DNA of 64,000 nucleotides. It comes from an uncultured bacterium. Lineage in GTDB: Bacteria > Patescibacteriota > Minisyncoccia > Phycocordibacterales > CAIZLB01. This document shows, one piece after another, positions 49,928-58,452 of the stretch. The stretch's first letter is position 1, and each line of letters starts with the position of its first letter. Location of the stretch: the NCBI GenBank assembly GCA_903848795.1, contig CAINHC010000001.1:14915-78914 (forward strand), written 5' to 3'. The notes below the pieces were generated by a model that did no database searches, was not told where the DNA came from, and saw nothing but the letters and a program-made list of their open reading frames with translations. The translations under genes and the position numbers were made by a program.

Positions 49928-50809
49928 CTATTTCAACTTTGTACCATTTGGCAAACTCTTGCTTGGATTAAGTAGGGCAATATTTTTACCGTCACCTCCA
50001 GCCAATATCATAGCTTGGCTTTCTTGTCCCATCATCATTCTAGGGGCCAAGTTTGTAACAAAGGGAAACTGCTTTCCAACCAGATCTACAGCATCAACAT
50101 GTCTTGCTATTCCAGAAAGAACCTGTCGTGGCCTTTCTTCACCAAAATCAACTGAAAGTTTTAGTAATTTATCAGAACCTTCTATGTTTTCAACTACTAA
50201 AATTTGGCCCATTTTTATCTCTACCTTTAGAAAATCGTCAATCGATATATAATCTGATGTTTTACTGACCCCAGCCTCCGCCTTTGGATTTTCCAATGTT
50301 TCCGTTTGGGTATTATTATCAATATTGTTATCCTTTATTTCTGTATCTTGTGATTGTGTATTCATATTTTTAAATTTTATTCTATCCAAATAACTTTGTA
50401 AAATGATCGCCGCTGCCGATGCGTCTACATTCTTGTTTTCACCCTGGAACTTAGTAGCCTGAACCGTGGAGTATAATTCTGGTTCATAAACAACATTAAA
50501 CCCAGCCTCTTCCAGTTTTGACCCAAAAAATCTAGCATCTACCATGATTGTATTATCAACCCCCTTGAGATCTACTGAGTGTCCAATTATAGCGGTTTGA
50601 GCCTGCCGGTCTTTTAGAATATCAACTACCTCCTGTACAGCCTGCTTTATTCTTTCCTCTCTCTTGTCTATGTCGTGACCAAAACCAGCGACAACAGTCA
50701 ATGGGAAGGCCAACAGTCCAAGCACGTCTCCGACCGCTACGCCAATCCTCTTTGATCCAAAATCTAGGCCAATTATTCTTTTATTTATTTCGGAAACGTC
50801 TTTATTCAT
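49928..50809 (-). CDS. ruvX: RuvX/YqgF nuclease fused to a Trbp111/MetRS-C tRNA-binding OB domain
   Basis: 'IIGLDFGSKRIGVA...DASAAAIILQSYLD' then 'ISIDDFLKVEIKMG...SDKLLKL.VDFG...RQVLSGI...NLAPR...SQAMILA'. Confidence 0.88.
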   Translation of the reverse strand: MNKDVSEINKRIIGLDFGSKRIGVAVGDVLGLLAFPLTVVAGFGHDIDKREERIKQAVQEVVDILKDRQAQTAIIGHSVDLKGVDNTIMVDARFFGSKLEEAGFNVVYEPELYSTVQATKFQGENKNVDASAAAIILQSYLDRIKFKNMNTQSQDTEIKDNNIDNNTQTETLENPKAEAGVSKTSDYISIDDFLKVEIKMGQILVVENIEGSDKLLKLSVDFGEERPRQVLSGIARHVDAVDLVGKQFPFVTNLAPRMMMGQESQAMILAGGDGKNIALLNPSKSLPNGTKLK

Positions 50810-50953
50810 ATATTATTGGTAGTCTATCAAAAAGAATGATTTGTGGCTAATTATGTCGATAAAATACTGACAAAAAGCCGTGAATGTTGACCGAGCTACC
50901 ATCTTGCCCTCGTCTATTGTTTTTTTCTTTATTTTTGCTAATATGACAAGCAC

Positions 50954-51040
50954 GGAGGAGTGGCAGAGTGGTCTAATGCACTTGTCTTGAAAACAAGAGT
51001 CTCTTTACGGGGACCGTGAGTTCGAATCTCACCTCCTCCG
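50954..51040 (+). tRNA. tRNA-Ser(TGA)
   Basis: Acceptor GGAGGAG/CTCCTCC, CTTGT-CTTGAAA-ACAAG, long variable arm. Confidence 0.95.
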
Positions 51041-51105
51041 CCGATAATTAAAAAAGCGCCCCCCCCAGGGTCGTTTTTTTATTTACAAGCCATGTGTTAT
51101 TTTAT

Positions 51106-51810
51106 CTACCAAGGCATTCTCTCCTTTCCAAACCAAAAGCCTCCTGTCTCCTTATCTGAAACAATAACACCATAAATACCCTCCGCCGCTTCTTCTGCTG
51201 TTATATCAGCCTCAGACCCACCAAGATCGGTCTTAACCCACCCAGGATGAACTGACGAAACTGTTATATTAGACTTCTTTAATCTCTGCGCCAGAGTACA
51301 TGTATACATATTTAGTCCAGCTTTTGATATTTTATAGCTTGGATAATGATATGGATAATGACTTTCAGCCCTACCTGCTTTTTCTAGCGATCCCGCGGAT
51401 GAAGAAATATTTATAATTTGTCCGCCAGAGTTTATCTGAGAAATTAACCTTTCTGTAAAGTCGATTGGGCCTATTAGATTAACTTCTAATGTTTTTCTAA
51501 GTTTCTCGACAATTACACTAGTATCATCTTCATCAAAAAGCGCGCCTGCGTTGTTTATTAAAATATCAATTTTCGTACCAGCGAAAATTATTTCATTCAC
51601 GCATTGCTCTATACTTTCTGGAGAAGATAAATCAAGCTTAAATATTTTAGTTTTAGGCACCTCATCTCTAGAGCCGACGTCGTTGTCTGTAGCCACCTTA
51701 TCTACGCCAATATAAACCGTCCCTAAAACATTAAAACCTTCTTTTATAAATTTAAATTGGAGCGCCTCCCCTATTCCCCTCGAAACTCCTGTAATTAGCA
51801 CTGTTTTCAT
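51106..51810 (-). CDS. SDR-family oxidoreductase
   Basis: 'ITGVSRGIG', 'INNAG', 'YKISK', 'HPGWVKTD'. Confidence 0.92.
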   Translation of the reverse strand: MKTVLITGVSRGIGEALQFKFIKEGFNVLGTVYIGVDKVATDNDVGSRDEVPKTKIFKLDLSSPESIEQCVNEIIFAGTKIDILINNAGALFDEDDTSVIVEKLRKTLEVNLIGPIDFTERLISQINSGGQIINISSSAGSLEKAGRAESHYPYHYPSYKISKAGLNMYTCTLAQRLKKSNITVSSVHPGWVKTDLGGSEADITAEEAAEGIYGVIVSDKETGGFWFGKERMPW

Positions 51811-51930
51811 AATGTAAGCATAGCATGAAACTTTTTAACTTTTAAATTTTAAATTTGAAGAGATATTTATCAAAATACACAATAGGTGATATAGCAATAT
51901 CATCTACTGAGTGATATAATAATTTTAATC

Positions 51931-52413
51931 ATGAACGATGAACCACAAGTCAAATCTATAACCTGGGAAACTTACGAGCACGAACATCGTGAAAAAAGTA
52001 AGGATTGGTATTGGTCTCTTGGAATTTTAATTGTTACAGCTTCTGTTTTATCAATTATTTTTGGTAATTATCTTTTCGGAATATTACTTATTGTCATTGG
52101 CGTATCACTTGCCGTTGTTGGCTCTAAACATCCAAAGTTAACTATTTTTGAATTAAACAAAATGGGTATTAGAATTGGTAATAAATTATTCCCATACGCA
52201 ACTCTTGAAGCTTTTTGGGTTCAAGACAATGAGGAGCACGATAGACCATCTCAGCTTTTAATCAAATCAAGAAAGACAATGGTGCCCTTACTTATAATTC
52301 CAATCGACGGAATTGAGACTCACGAGATCCGGGATTTCTTATTGTATAACCTACTCGAAAAGGAAATGGAGGAGTCACTTTCCCAGATAATACTAGAAAA
52401 TTTGGGTTTTTAG
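51931..52413 (+). CDS. Hypothetical two-TM membrane protein
   Basis: 'WETYEHEHREKSKDWYW' followed by 2 TM and a soluble C-terminal domain. Confidence 0.75.
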   Translation: MNDEPQVKSITWETYEHEHREKSKDWYWSLGILIVTASVLSIIFGNYLFGILLIVIGVSLAVVGSKHPKLTIFELNKMGIRIGNKLFPYATLEAFWVQDNEEHDRPSQLLIKSRKTMVPLLIIPIDGIETHEIRDFLLYNLLEKEMEESLSQIILENLGF

Positions 52414-52440
52414 CAAATCTGTGGTACTTTTTAGGGTATC

Positions 52441-52512
52441 GCTCTCGTCGTTCAATGGATAGGACATGACTTTGCGGAAGTTAAAATGTAGGTTCGATTC
52501 CTACCGGGAGCA
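52441..52512 (+). tRNA. tRNA-Arg(GCG)
   Basis: Acceptor GCTCTCG/CGGGAGC, TGACT-TTGCGGA-AGTTA, T-arm GTAGG-TTCGATT-CCTAC. Confidence 0.9.
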
Positions 52513-52684
52513 CATGAAAATAAAAAACACCCTAAGGTGTTTTTTATTTTTCGGGCGAGCGAAGAAGCTAATTTATTAGCTTCTGTGTAGAAATCGAAAA
52601 GGTTGAGTATATTGTGCGATGCGTAGCGAGCACAATACGAAACCTATACCGTCCCTGTAAGGGAAGATTCCTACCGGGGGCACA
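52513..52684 (+). repeat. tRNA-3'-linked structured element (Arg-GCG copy) ending in an 18/19-bp duplication of the tRNA 3' end
   Basis: 52496-52514 vs 52666-52684; core nearly identical to 46950-47118. Confidence 0.85.
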
Positions 52685-52726
52685 ATATAGGAGTGTGATT
52701 TGAGATTCTATGATAAAATACTGAGT

Positions 52727-52990
52727 ATGAATAATTTATCACTCATAATCCCCGTAATATACCTATTGATATATTGGATAGGGGCATTTTTTATCGTATA
52801 TCACCTACTAAAATATGGTATTACATACTGGCCAAAAAGAATGGCTGGATTGTTTTTGGCTGGATCTATTGTACTCAGCATTCTCAGCTTCATGCTCTTC
52901 ACTCAAATAAATTTTCAACAACTTTTTGGTGGCAAACTACTGCAAAGCAATAATAGTTTCATGGATAATTTTAAACAAAAAACACAATAA
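52727..52990 (+). CDS. Small two-TM hypothetical protein
   Basis: 'FFIVYHLLKYG'; ATG 52727 behind TGATAAAAT. Confidence 0.65.
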   Translation: MNNLSLIIPVIYLLIYWIGAFFIVYHLLKYGITYWPKRMAGLFLAGSIVLSILSFMLFTQINFQQLFGGKLLQSNNSFMDNFKQKTQ

Positions 52991-52991
52991 T

Positions 52992-53678
52992 ATGCCAAAA
53001 ATAGTACTTAGAAAACAAAATTGGTTTTTCGATGGAAAAGAAGATGAAGAAGATGTAATTTTAGTTCTTCATAGACATGTCGTTACATTGGTAGCAAAAA
53101 TAACCATGGTGCTCTTTTTTGCTTTCTTACCTTTTGTTTTTCTCGTTGTTTTTAGTTCACTAATTGTCACATATAACTTAATATCAATTTATTCTTTTGC
53201 TTGGGTTACCTATTATCTATTCCTATGGTTCTGGTTATTCTACGTGATTACAATGTATTCTTTGGACAACTGGGTTGTTACCACAAAAAGAGTCGTCGAC
53301 AGCCTTCAGACAGGATTCTTCAACAGAAGGGTTGCTGAACTTCAGCTTGATAAGATTCAGGACGTATCATACAAAGTACAGGGCCTAATACCGACATTCT
53401 TTAATTATGGACTCGTAGAAATACAAACAGCTAGTAAGGATAACAAGTTTTTCTTTGAGCAGGTTCCTAATCCACAAAGAGTCAAGGATGTTATTATGGA
53501 ACTTATAATCGAAGAGGAGGAAGAAAATGAGGCGGGTGGTGACGGCAAACTCGGCCACCCACATAGACATGTCCTAGTTGAAGACCACGGCATTCCAACA
53601 CACCTTGTGACAGAAAGTTCGGAAGATGCAAATAACGCTGGAAGTGAGGTGGACAATGATATTCAGAACGGAATTTAG
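52992..53678 (+). CDS. Membrane protein with bacterial PH (bPH_2) domain
   Basis: 2 TM then 'WVVTTKRVVD..Q.GFFNR.V.EL.LDKIQDVS...NYG.VEIQTA'; start 52992. Confidence 0.8.
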   Translation: MPKIVLRKQNWFFDGKEDEEDVILVLHRHVVTLVAKITMVLFFAFLPFVFLVVFSSLIVTYNLISIYSFAWVTYYLFLWFWLFYVITMYSLDNWVVTTKRVVDSLQTGFFNRRVAELQLDKIQDVSYKVQGLIPTFFNYGLVEIQTASKDNKFFFEQVPNPQRVKDVIMELIIEEEEENEAGGDGKLGHPHRHVLVEDHGIPTHLVTESSEDANNAGSEVDNDIQNGI

Positions 53679-53778
53679 CCCCACCCCATTCCCGCTCCAC
53701 CGCATTTTCCACCGCAAAATTCAACCAAACAAAAAACACCCTCTGGGTGCTTTTTGTTTATTAAAAAGACTTGATAAA

Positions 53779-54039
53779 TTAGCCTAATTTCTTAACCATT
53801 TTACTTAGTCTTGACTTCTTTCTATCTGCTGCACCTTTCTTGATAAGACCGTTCTTTGCAGCCTTGTCTAATTCCTTATAAGCCTTAGATAGAGCTGTTT
53901 GAGCAGTAGTTTTGTCTCCCGCAGTAAGAGTCTTAACACCCTTAACGGCGATGTCTACTTTCTTCTTACGACGAACATTAACAATTCTCTTTCTCTCTGA
54001 GCCTCTAAGTGCTTTTTTTGCTGATTGGGTTATTGGCAT
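53779..54039 (-). CDS. rpsT: 30S ribosomal protein S20
   Basis: 'MPITQSAKKALR...LDKAAK.GLIKK.AADRKKSRL'; start 54039. Confidence 0.96.
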   Translation of the reverse strand: MPITQSAKKALRGSERKRIVNVRRKKKVDIAVKGVKTLTAGDKTTAQTALSKAYKELDKAAKNGLIKKGAADRKKSRLSKMVKKLG

Positions 54040-54130
54040 ATGTATTGCAAACAATAGCAGAAAAGTTGTTTTTTGACAACTGCACGATTGACTTATAGGA
54101 ACGGGCGCCAGTAGGTGGTATAATATCCTC

Positions 54131-54748
54131 ATGATTGGATATCTAAAAGGAGACATTATTTATAGGGATTTGAAATTTTTGATAATAAATACTGGGGGTG
54201 ACCAGAACGGCGTTGGCTACAAGGTGTATACAACGCCAGACTTTATTGCAGAGACAGAGAATTTAGACCACGTCGAAATGTGGATTCACACCGTAGTTAA
54301 AGACGACGCCATAGATTTATATGGGTTCAAAAATAAGGGGTCCTTGGATTTCTTCGATCTTCTTCTCAGTGTTTCTGGAATAGGGCCAAAGTCCGCCCTC
54401 AACATTCTCGGCTTGGCAAATACTCAAAACCTAAGGCAGGCAATTGTTTCTCAAGATATTTCATACTTAACGAACGTTTCTGGAATCAGTAAAAAGATAG
54501 CAGAAAAGATAGTTTTGGAATTGAAAGGAAAAGTTCTTGGCGGCGATAATGATGAATCTGATGGAGTTGGAATATTATCCAACAATAAACAGAGTAGGGG
54601 TATTGAAGTTGAGGCACTTGAAGCTCTCAAGGCGTTGGGGTATACTCAGCGAGAAGCAAGGGAGGCGCTAGAAAATGTTCCAAAGGATATTAAAGATTCA
54701 AAGGATATAAGCGCAATATTGAAGGCAACACTAAAGGTATTGAGTTAA
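54131..54748 (+). CDS. ruvA: Holliday junction DNA helicase subunit RuvA
   Basis: 'MIGYLKG', 'GVGY', 'LYGF', 'VSGIGPKSAL', 'ALKALGY'. Confidence 0.96.
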   Translation: MIGYLKGDIIYRDLKFLIINTGGDQNGVGYKVYTTPDFIAETENLDHVEMWIHTVVKDDAIDLYGFKNKGSLDFFDLLLSVSGIGPKSALNILGLANTQNLRQAIVSQDISYLTNVSGISKKIAEKIVLELKGKVLGGDNDESDGVGILSNNKQSRGIEVEALEALKALGYTQREAREALENVPKDIKDSKDISAILKATLKVLS

Positions 54749-54868
54749 AACAAATCATTCCCGGGGTTACCCTTACTATATAAAATTGACGGTTTTTTCG
54801 TCAATTTTATATATTAGGCACAAATCTTTTCAGTTTCTCAAAAACCATTATTACAAATTCTCAAAAAA

Positions 54869-55819
54869 ATGCCGGAACTACCAGAAGTACAGACAACCGT
54901 TAATGGTTTAAATAAAAAAGTTAAAGGCGCAAAAATAATTGATGTCTGGAGTATTTATAATAGTCCATATTATAAATCAAAGGAAAATATTAAGGATCCA
55001 AAATTTTTTAAAGAGTTCAAAGATAGAACAATTGGATCTAAAATTATTAATGCTGAGCGTCGGGCAAAAAACATTCTAATTCACCTAGACAATAAAGAAA
55101 CAATCTTGATTCACATGAAGATGACAGGGCATTTGATGTTTGGGGAATATATCAAAGGCTCTGCCGACAAAAATGATCCGTGGAGACCAGTAGACAAAAA
55201 CGATATCGCCCTGAACGACCCATTTAATCGACATATCAGGCTTGTTTTTAGCCTCGATAATAAGCACCTAGTTTTATCCGACACTAGAAAATTTGCGAAA
55301 GTTACCGTAACCAAAACGGACCACATATTTCAATCCCCCGATTTATCTCACCTTGGCCCAGAGCCCCTCACCAAGGAATTTAGTTTTAAGATATTTAAAG
55401 AACAAATAAATAAAAAACCTAACGGAAAAATAAAAACTACCCTTTTGGATCAAACTATAATTGCAGGTATTGGGAATATTTATTCTGATGAGGCATTGTG
55501 GCTTGCAAATATTCATCCAGAGAGTTTGGTTAAAAGCATTCCCGATGCTGAGCTTAAAAGACTTTTTGATGCGGTTTTGACGGTTCTTAAGAATGGAATA
55601 GATTTTGGCGGCGATTCAATGTCTGATTACAGAAACATTGATGGAGAGCGGGGTTCATTTCAAGAGAGACATAATGCTTATAGAAAAACAGGTCAGGCCT
55701 GTTCAAAACCGGCGTGCAAAAAAGAAAACAAACTAAATCCAAAAGTTGGCGTTATTAAAAGGATTGTAGTTGGAGGCCGAAGCACTCACTATTGTGAAAA
55801 TCATCAAACTAAGTATTGA
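54869..55819 (+). CDS. mutM: Formamidopyrimidine-DNA glycosylase
   Basis: 'MPELPEV', 'HMKMTG', 'AGIGNIYSDE', C-terminal zinc finger. Confidence 0.96.
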   Translation: MPELPEVQTTVNGLNKKVKGAKIIDVWSIYNSPYYKSKENIKDPKFFKEFKDRTIGSKIINAERRAKNILIHLDNKETILIHMKMTGHLMFGEYIKGSADKNDPWRPVDKNDIALNDPFNRHIRLVFSLDNKHLVLSDTRKFAKVTVTKTDHIFQSPDLSHLGPEPLTKEFSFKIFKEQINKKPNGKIKTTLLDQTIIAGIGNIYSDEALWLANIHPESLVKSIPDAELKRLFDAVLTVLKNGIDFGGDSMSDYRNIDGERGSFQERHNAYRKTGQACSKPACKKENKLNPKVGVIKRIVVGGRSTHYCENHQTKY

Positions 55820-56481
55820 AACAAAACAATACCGGCGGTCACCGAAACATTTAAGGACTCCTTCATTCCATTCATTGGTAACTCAACACACACATCGACT
55901 TTTTCTAGAATTTTCTTGGGTAATCCTAAAACTTCGTTACCAAATACAAAGGCGACCTTTTTATCTAAAGTCTCTACCTCAGACTTAACCCCGGCTTTTT
56001 TCGTCTTGTCTGTGAACAAATCCTTCAAATCTAAATCTTTATAATTTATAGAGTTCTTTGTTTGTTCAACTGCAATAATTTTAAAACCATCCTTTTTTAA
56101 TTTATTTAACAAGGTGGTGTGACTTTCGAAATATTTCCAAACAAGTGTCTTCTCTGCGCCCAGCGCGGTCTTTGTAATTTGAGGTTGAGGTTTATTGAAT
56201 TTGTTTAATGGCGTTGGAGTGTAGCCAGATAGATATATTGTACCGACTCCTGCAGCATCTGCGGTTCTAAAAATAGAGCCAACATTATGGGCACTTCTTA
56301 TGTCGGGCAAAACAACAATCACTTCAAAACCACCCGTCTTAACGGCACTACATTCTGAATTATCAGCCAAATTATAGCTTTTTTTGTTTATTTTGCTTTT
56401 ATCCCCTTTAATATTAGACATTTCTTGTTTTTTTGATATAGTTTTAACATTATTTGATAATACGTACAAGAAATTGAACAT
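55804..56481 (-). CDS. SpoU/TrmH-family RNA methyltransferase (start uncertain)
   Basis: 'NVGSIFRTADAAG', 'FGNEVLG', 'ESLNVSV'. Confidence 0.92.
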   Translation of the reverse strand: MFNFLYVLSNNVKTISKKQEMSNIKGDKSKINKKSYNLADNSECSAVKTGGFEVIVVLPDIRSAHNVGSIFRTADAAGVGTIYLSGYTPTPLNKFNKPQPQITKTALGAEKTLVWKYFESHTTLLNKLKKDGFKIIAVEQTKNSINYKDLDLKDLFTDKTKKAGVKSEVETLDKKVAFVFGNEVLGLPKKILEKVDVCVELPMNGMKESLNVSVTAGIVLFQYLV

Positions 56482-56494
56482 ATGCCAAATATAC

Positions 56495-56567
56495 CCGCTC
56501 GTAGCTCAGTCGGTAGAGCACCTGCCTTTTAAGCAGAGGGTCGTAGGTTCGATTCCTACCGAGCGGA
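56495..56567 (+). tRNA. tRNA-Lys(TTT)
   Basis: Acceptor CCGCTCG/CGAGCGG, anticodon loop CTTTTAA. Confidence 0.94.
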
Positions 56568-56600
56568 CAAATTTTCCCCTAAAACCACACCGCTACTTTT

Positions 56601-57548
56601 TTACCACTCTCCATCTTCCCTCTCGAGAATTGTAAATCCCGTCATAATTGCATCACACAAATAATCCTCGAATTGGCTATATTCTTCCTTAACTTGAGAT
56701 TTATATAAATAAGTATAATACAGTTGTTTCTTTTCTTGTCGAATAACGGCGGGCGCCATATTTACACTTAACAAAAAGGCATTCAAAAGTAAACGTCCAA
56801 TACGTCCATTTCCATCAGAAAATGGATGAATTTGTTCAAATTTACTATGAAATATTGCTGAGAAGGAAATAATATTTGATTCCTTTTTACTTAAAAATTT
56901 GTCTTTAAATTGCATTAATTCGTGAATATTCTTTTTAACACTCAAATAATTTGAGGTTGGCAAATTTACACCTACAATCCTAACAGCATGATTACGATAT
57001 AAACCAGCATTTGGTATTATGCCGTTCATTAAAATACTGTGTAGTTTAAGTATTAATTCTTCATCTATCTTTTGTTTATTTGCTATATGCTCAAATAAAT
57101 ACAGCAGAGCTGTTTGGTGATTTTTCGCCTCTAGGTGTTCAATTAAAGTCTTTTCGGACATGGCAATATTGTTGAATAGTATGTTGGCAGTGTCCGGTTC
57201 GGTAAGTGTACTACCTTCGATGCTGTTACTGTGATACGTCAATTTTAAAACAAACTGATCTCTAATATCTGGATTATCCAAAATCTCACGCAAAACACTC
57301 TTATAACCCAATGTTTTATATTGTAGAATTTTTCTTTTCTTCTTTAATTCCTCTTCTGAAATTTGCTTCTGGCCAGTAACCTCCAAAAACAAATTATTAA
57401 TTATTTTGTCTTTTTTTGCCCTGGGAGTACTTTTACCAACCAACCAACTATTTAAGGTAGGAAAAGAAACACCAAGCTGTAGTGCAAGCTTAGTTTGGGT
57501 TAGACCTAGTGTCTTTTGTATTGTTTCTAGCTTTTTAGGTATATTCAT
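56601..57548 (-). CDS. HTH-Fic family protein
   Basis: N-terminal XRE HTH, 'SNSIEG' inhibitory-type motif, catalytic 'HPFSDGNGRIGR'. Confidence 0.92.
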   Translation of the reverse strand: MNIPKKLETIQKTLGLTQTKLALQLGVSFPTLNSWLVGKSTPRAKKDKIINNLFLEVTGQKQISEEELKKKRKILQYKTLGYKSVLREILDNPDIRDQFVLKLTYHSNSIEGSTLTEPDTANILFNNIAMSEKTLIEHLEAKNHQTALLYLFEHIANKQKIDEELILKLHSILMNGIIPNAGLYRNHAVRIVGVNLPTSNYLSVKKNIHELMQFKDKFLSKKESNIISFSAIFHSKFEQIHPFSDGNGRIGRLLLNAFLLSVNMAPAVIRQEKKQLYYTYLYKSQVKEEYSQFEDYLCDAIMTGFTILEREDGEW

Positions 57549-57590
57549 AGTCTTTTAGAAGTAAAATAATCAAACCAAGGTTATCATACC

Positions 57591-57644
57591 AAACTTTATA
57601 AAGTTTTGCAAAAATATCGTAACTTTATAAAGTTACGATATTTT
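57591..57644. promoter_or_regulatory. Tandem palindromic operator candidates upstream of HTH-Fic
   Basis: AAACTTTATAAAGTTT (57591-57606) and a 34-bp perfect palindrome (57611-57644) with the same core. Confidence 0.6.
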
Positions 57645-57698
57645 GATGATTTTTTATTAAGTTACAAAATGAGCCTCAAGGTATGAATAAGGCTAGTA

Positions 57699-58430
57699 TT
57701 AAAGCCCTAAAGACATTCCTTCCAACTCCACCATCAAATCTCCCCCACCACGGTGAGCCTCGTGATATATTTCAACCAGTTTATCCAGTAACATGTTTAG
57801 CTCCCTAAGCTCCCAACCCTTAGATAATCTCAAGGCTTTCTGGAAAGAATATGGGGTTAGCCCAGACTCATCAGCGGTCTTTGAAAACTTAGCTAAATAT
57901 ACAGATTTCATTTGCCACCACAACACCCCATGTATTTCCTCCCCCGCAAGCTCCGCTTCTTTTAGTTTAATAAATTCACTCCACGCCCCTACTTTATTTT
58001 TACCCGCAAACTGTTCTGCAAAATCAAAAGCAAGTGGTCGCTTTTTTTCAGCACCCTGCACACCGGCACCCGCAGGCTCATTAAAATCAAAAACTTTATA
58101 CGCAAACTTTTCTATTTTTTTAAGATTAGGAGCAGAAACCTTATCTTCTAGAATTATCCAAGCATGCTCACTCTCCTTCATTTCTTCTAGCAACCCAATA
58201 ACATCCGCGCCAATCTCCTTATCTTCCAACACTTTATCCAAGGTCACAATGTATTTTGCTAAAAATAAACCTTGGCTTCCCAATAATTCTTCCAATGAAA
58301 AATCTTTCCAGTTTTCAGTAGTTACTCGATAAACAGAAACATTGGGTTGTTTACTCTGCATAATACCAACAAGTTCTTTTTGTTTGGCCCTTATTTTATT
58401 TGTATTTGTTCCGTAGATTAAATAAAGCAT
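57699..58430 (-). CDS. holA: DNA polymerase III delta subunit-like protein
   Basis: 'MLYLIYG', 'GLF..KYIV', C-terminal helical collar pattern. Confidence 0.75.
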   Translation of the reverse strand: MLYLIYGTNTNKIRAKQKELVGIMQSKQPNVSVYRVTTENWKDFSLEELLGSQGLFLAKYIVTLDKVLEDKEIGADVIGLLEEMKESEHAWIILEDKVSAPNLKKIEKFAYKVFDFNEPAGAGVQGAEKKRPLAFDFAEQFAGKNKVGAWSEFIKLKEAELAGEEIHGVLWWQMKSVYLAKFSKTADESGLTPYSFQKALRLSKGWELRELNMLLDKLVEIYHEAHRGGGDLMVELEGMSLGL

Positions 58431-58452
58431 TTTGGTTTGTGTTTTTTGTATT

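Noticed and set aside
57793-58332. 179-aa plus-strand ORF
   Set aside because: Antisense shadow of the holA-like gene
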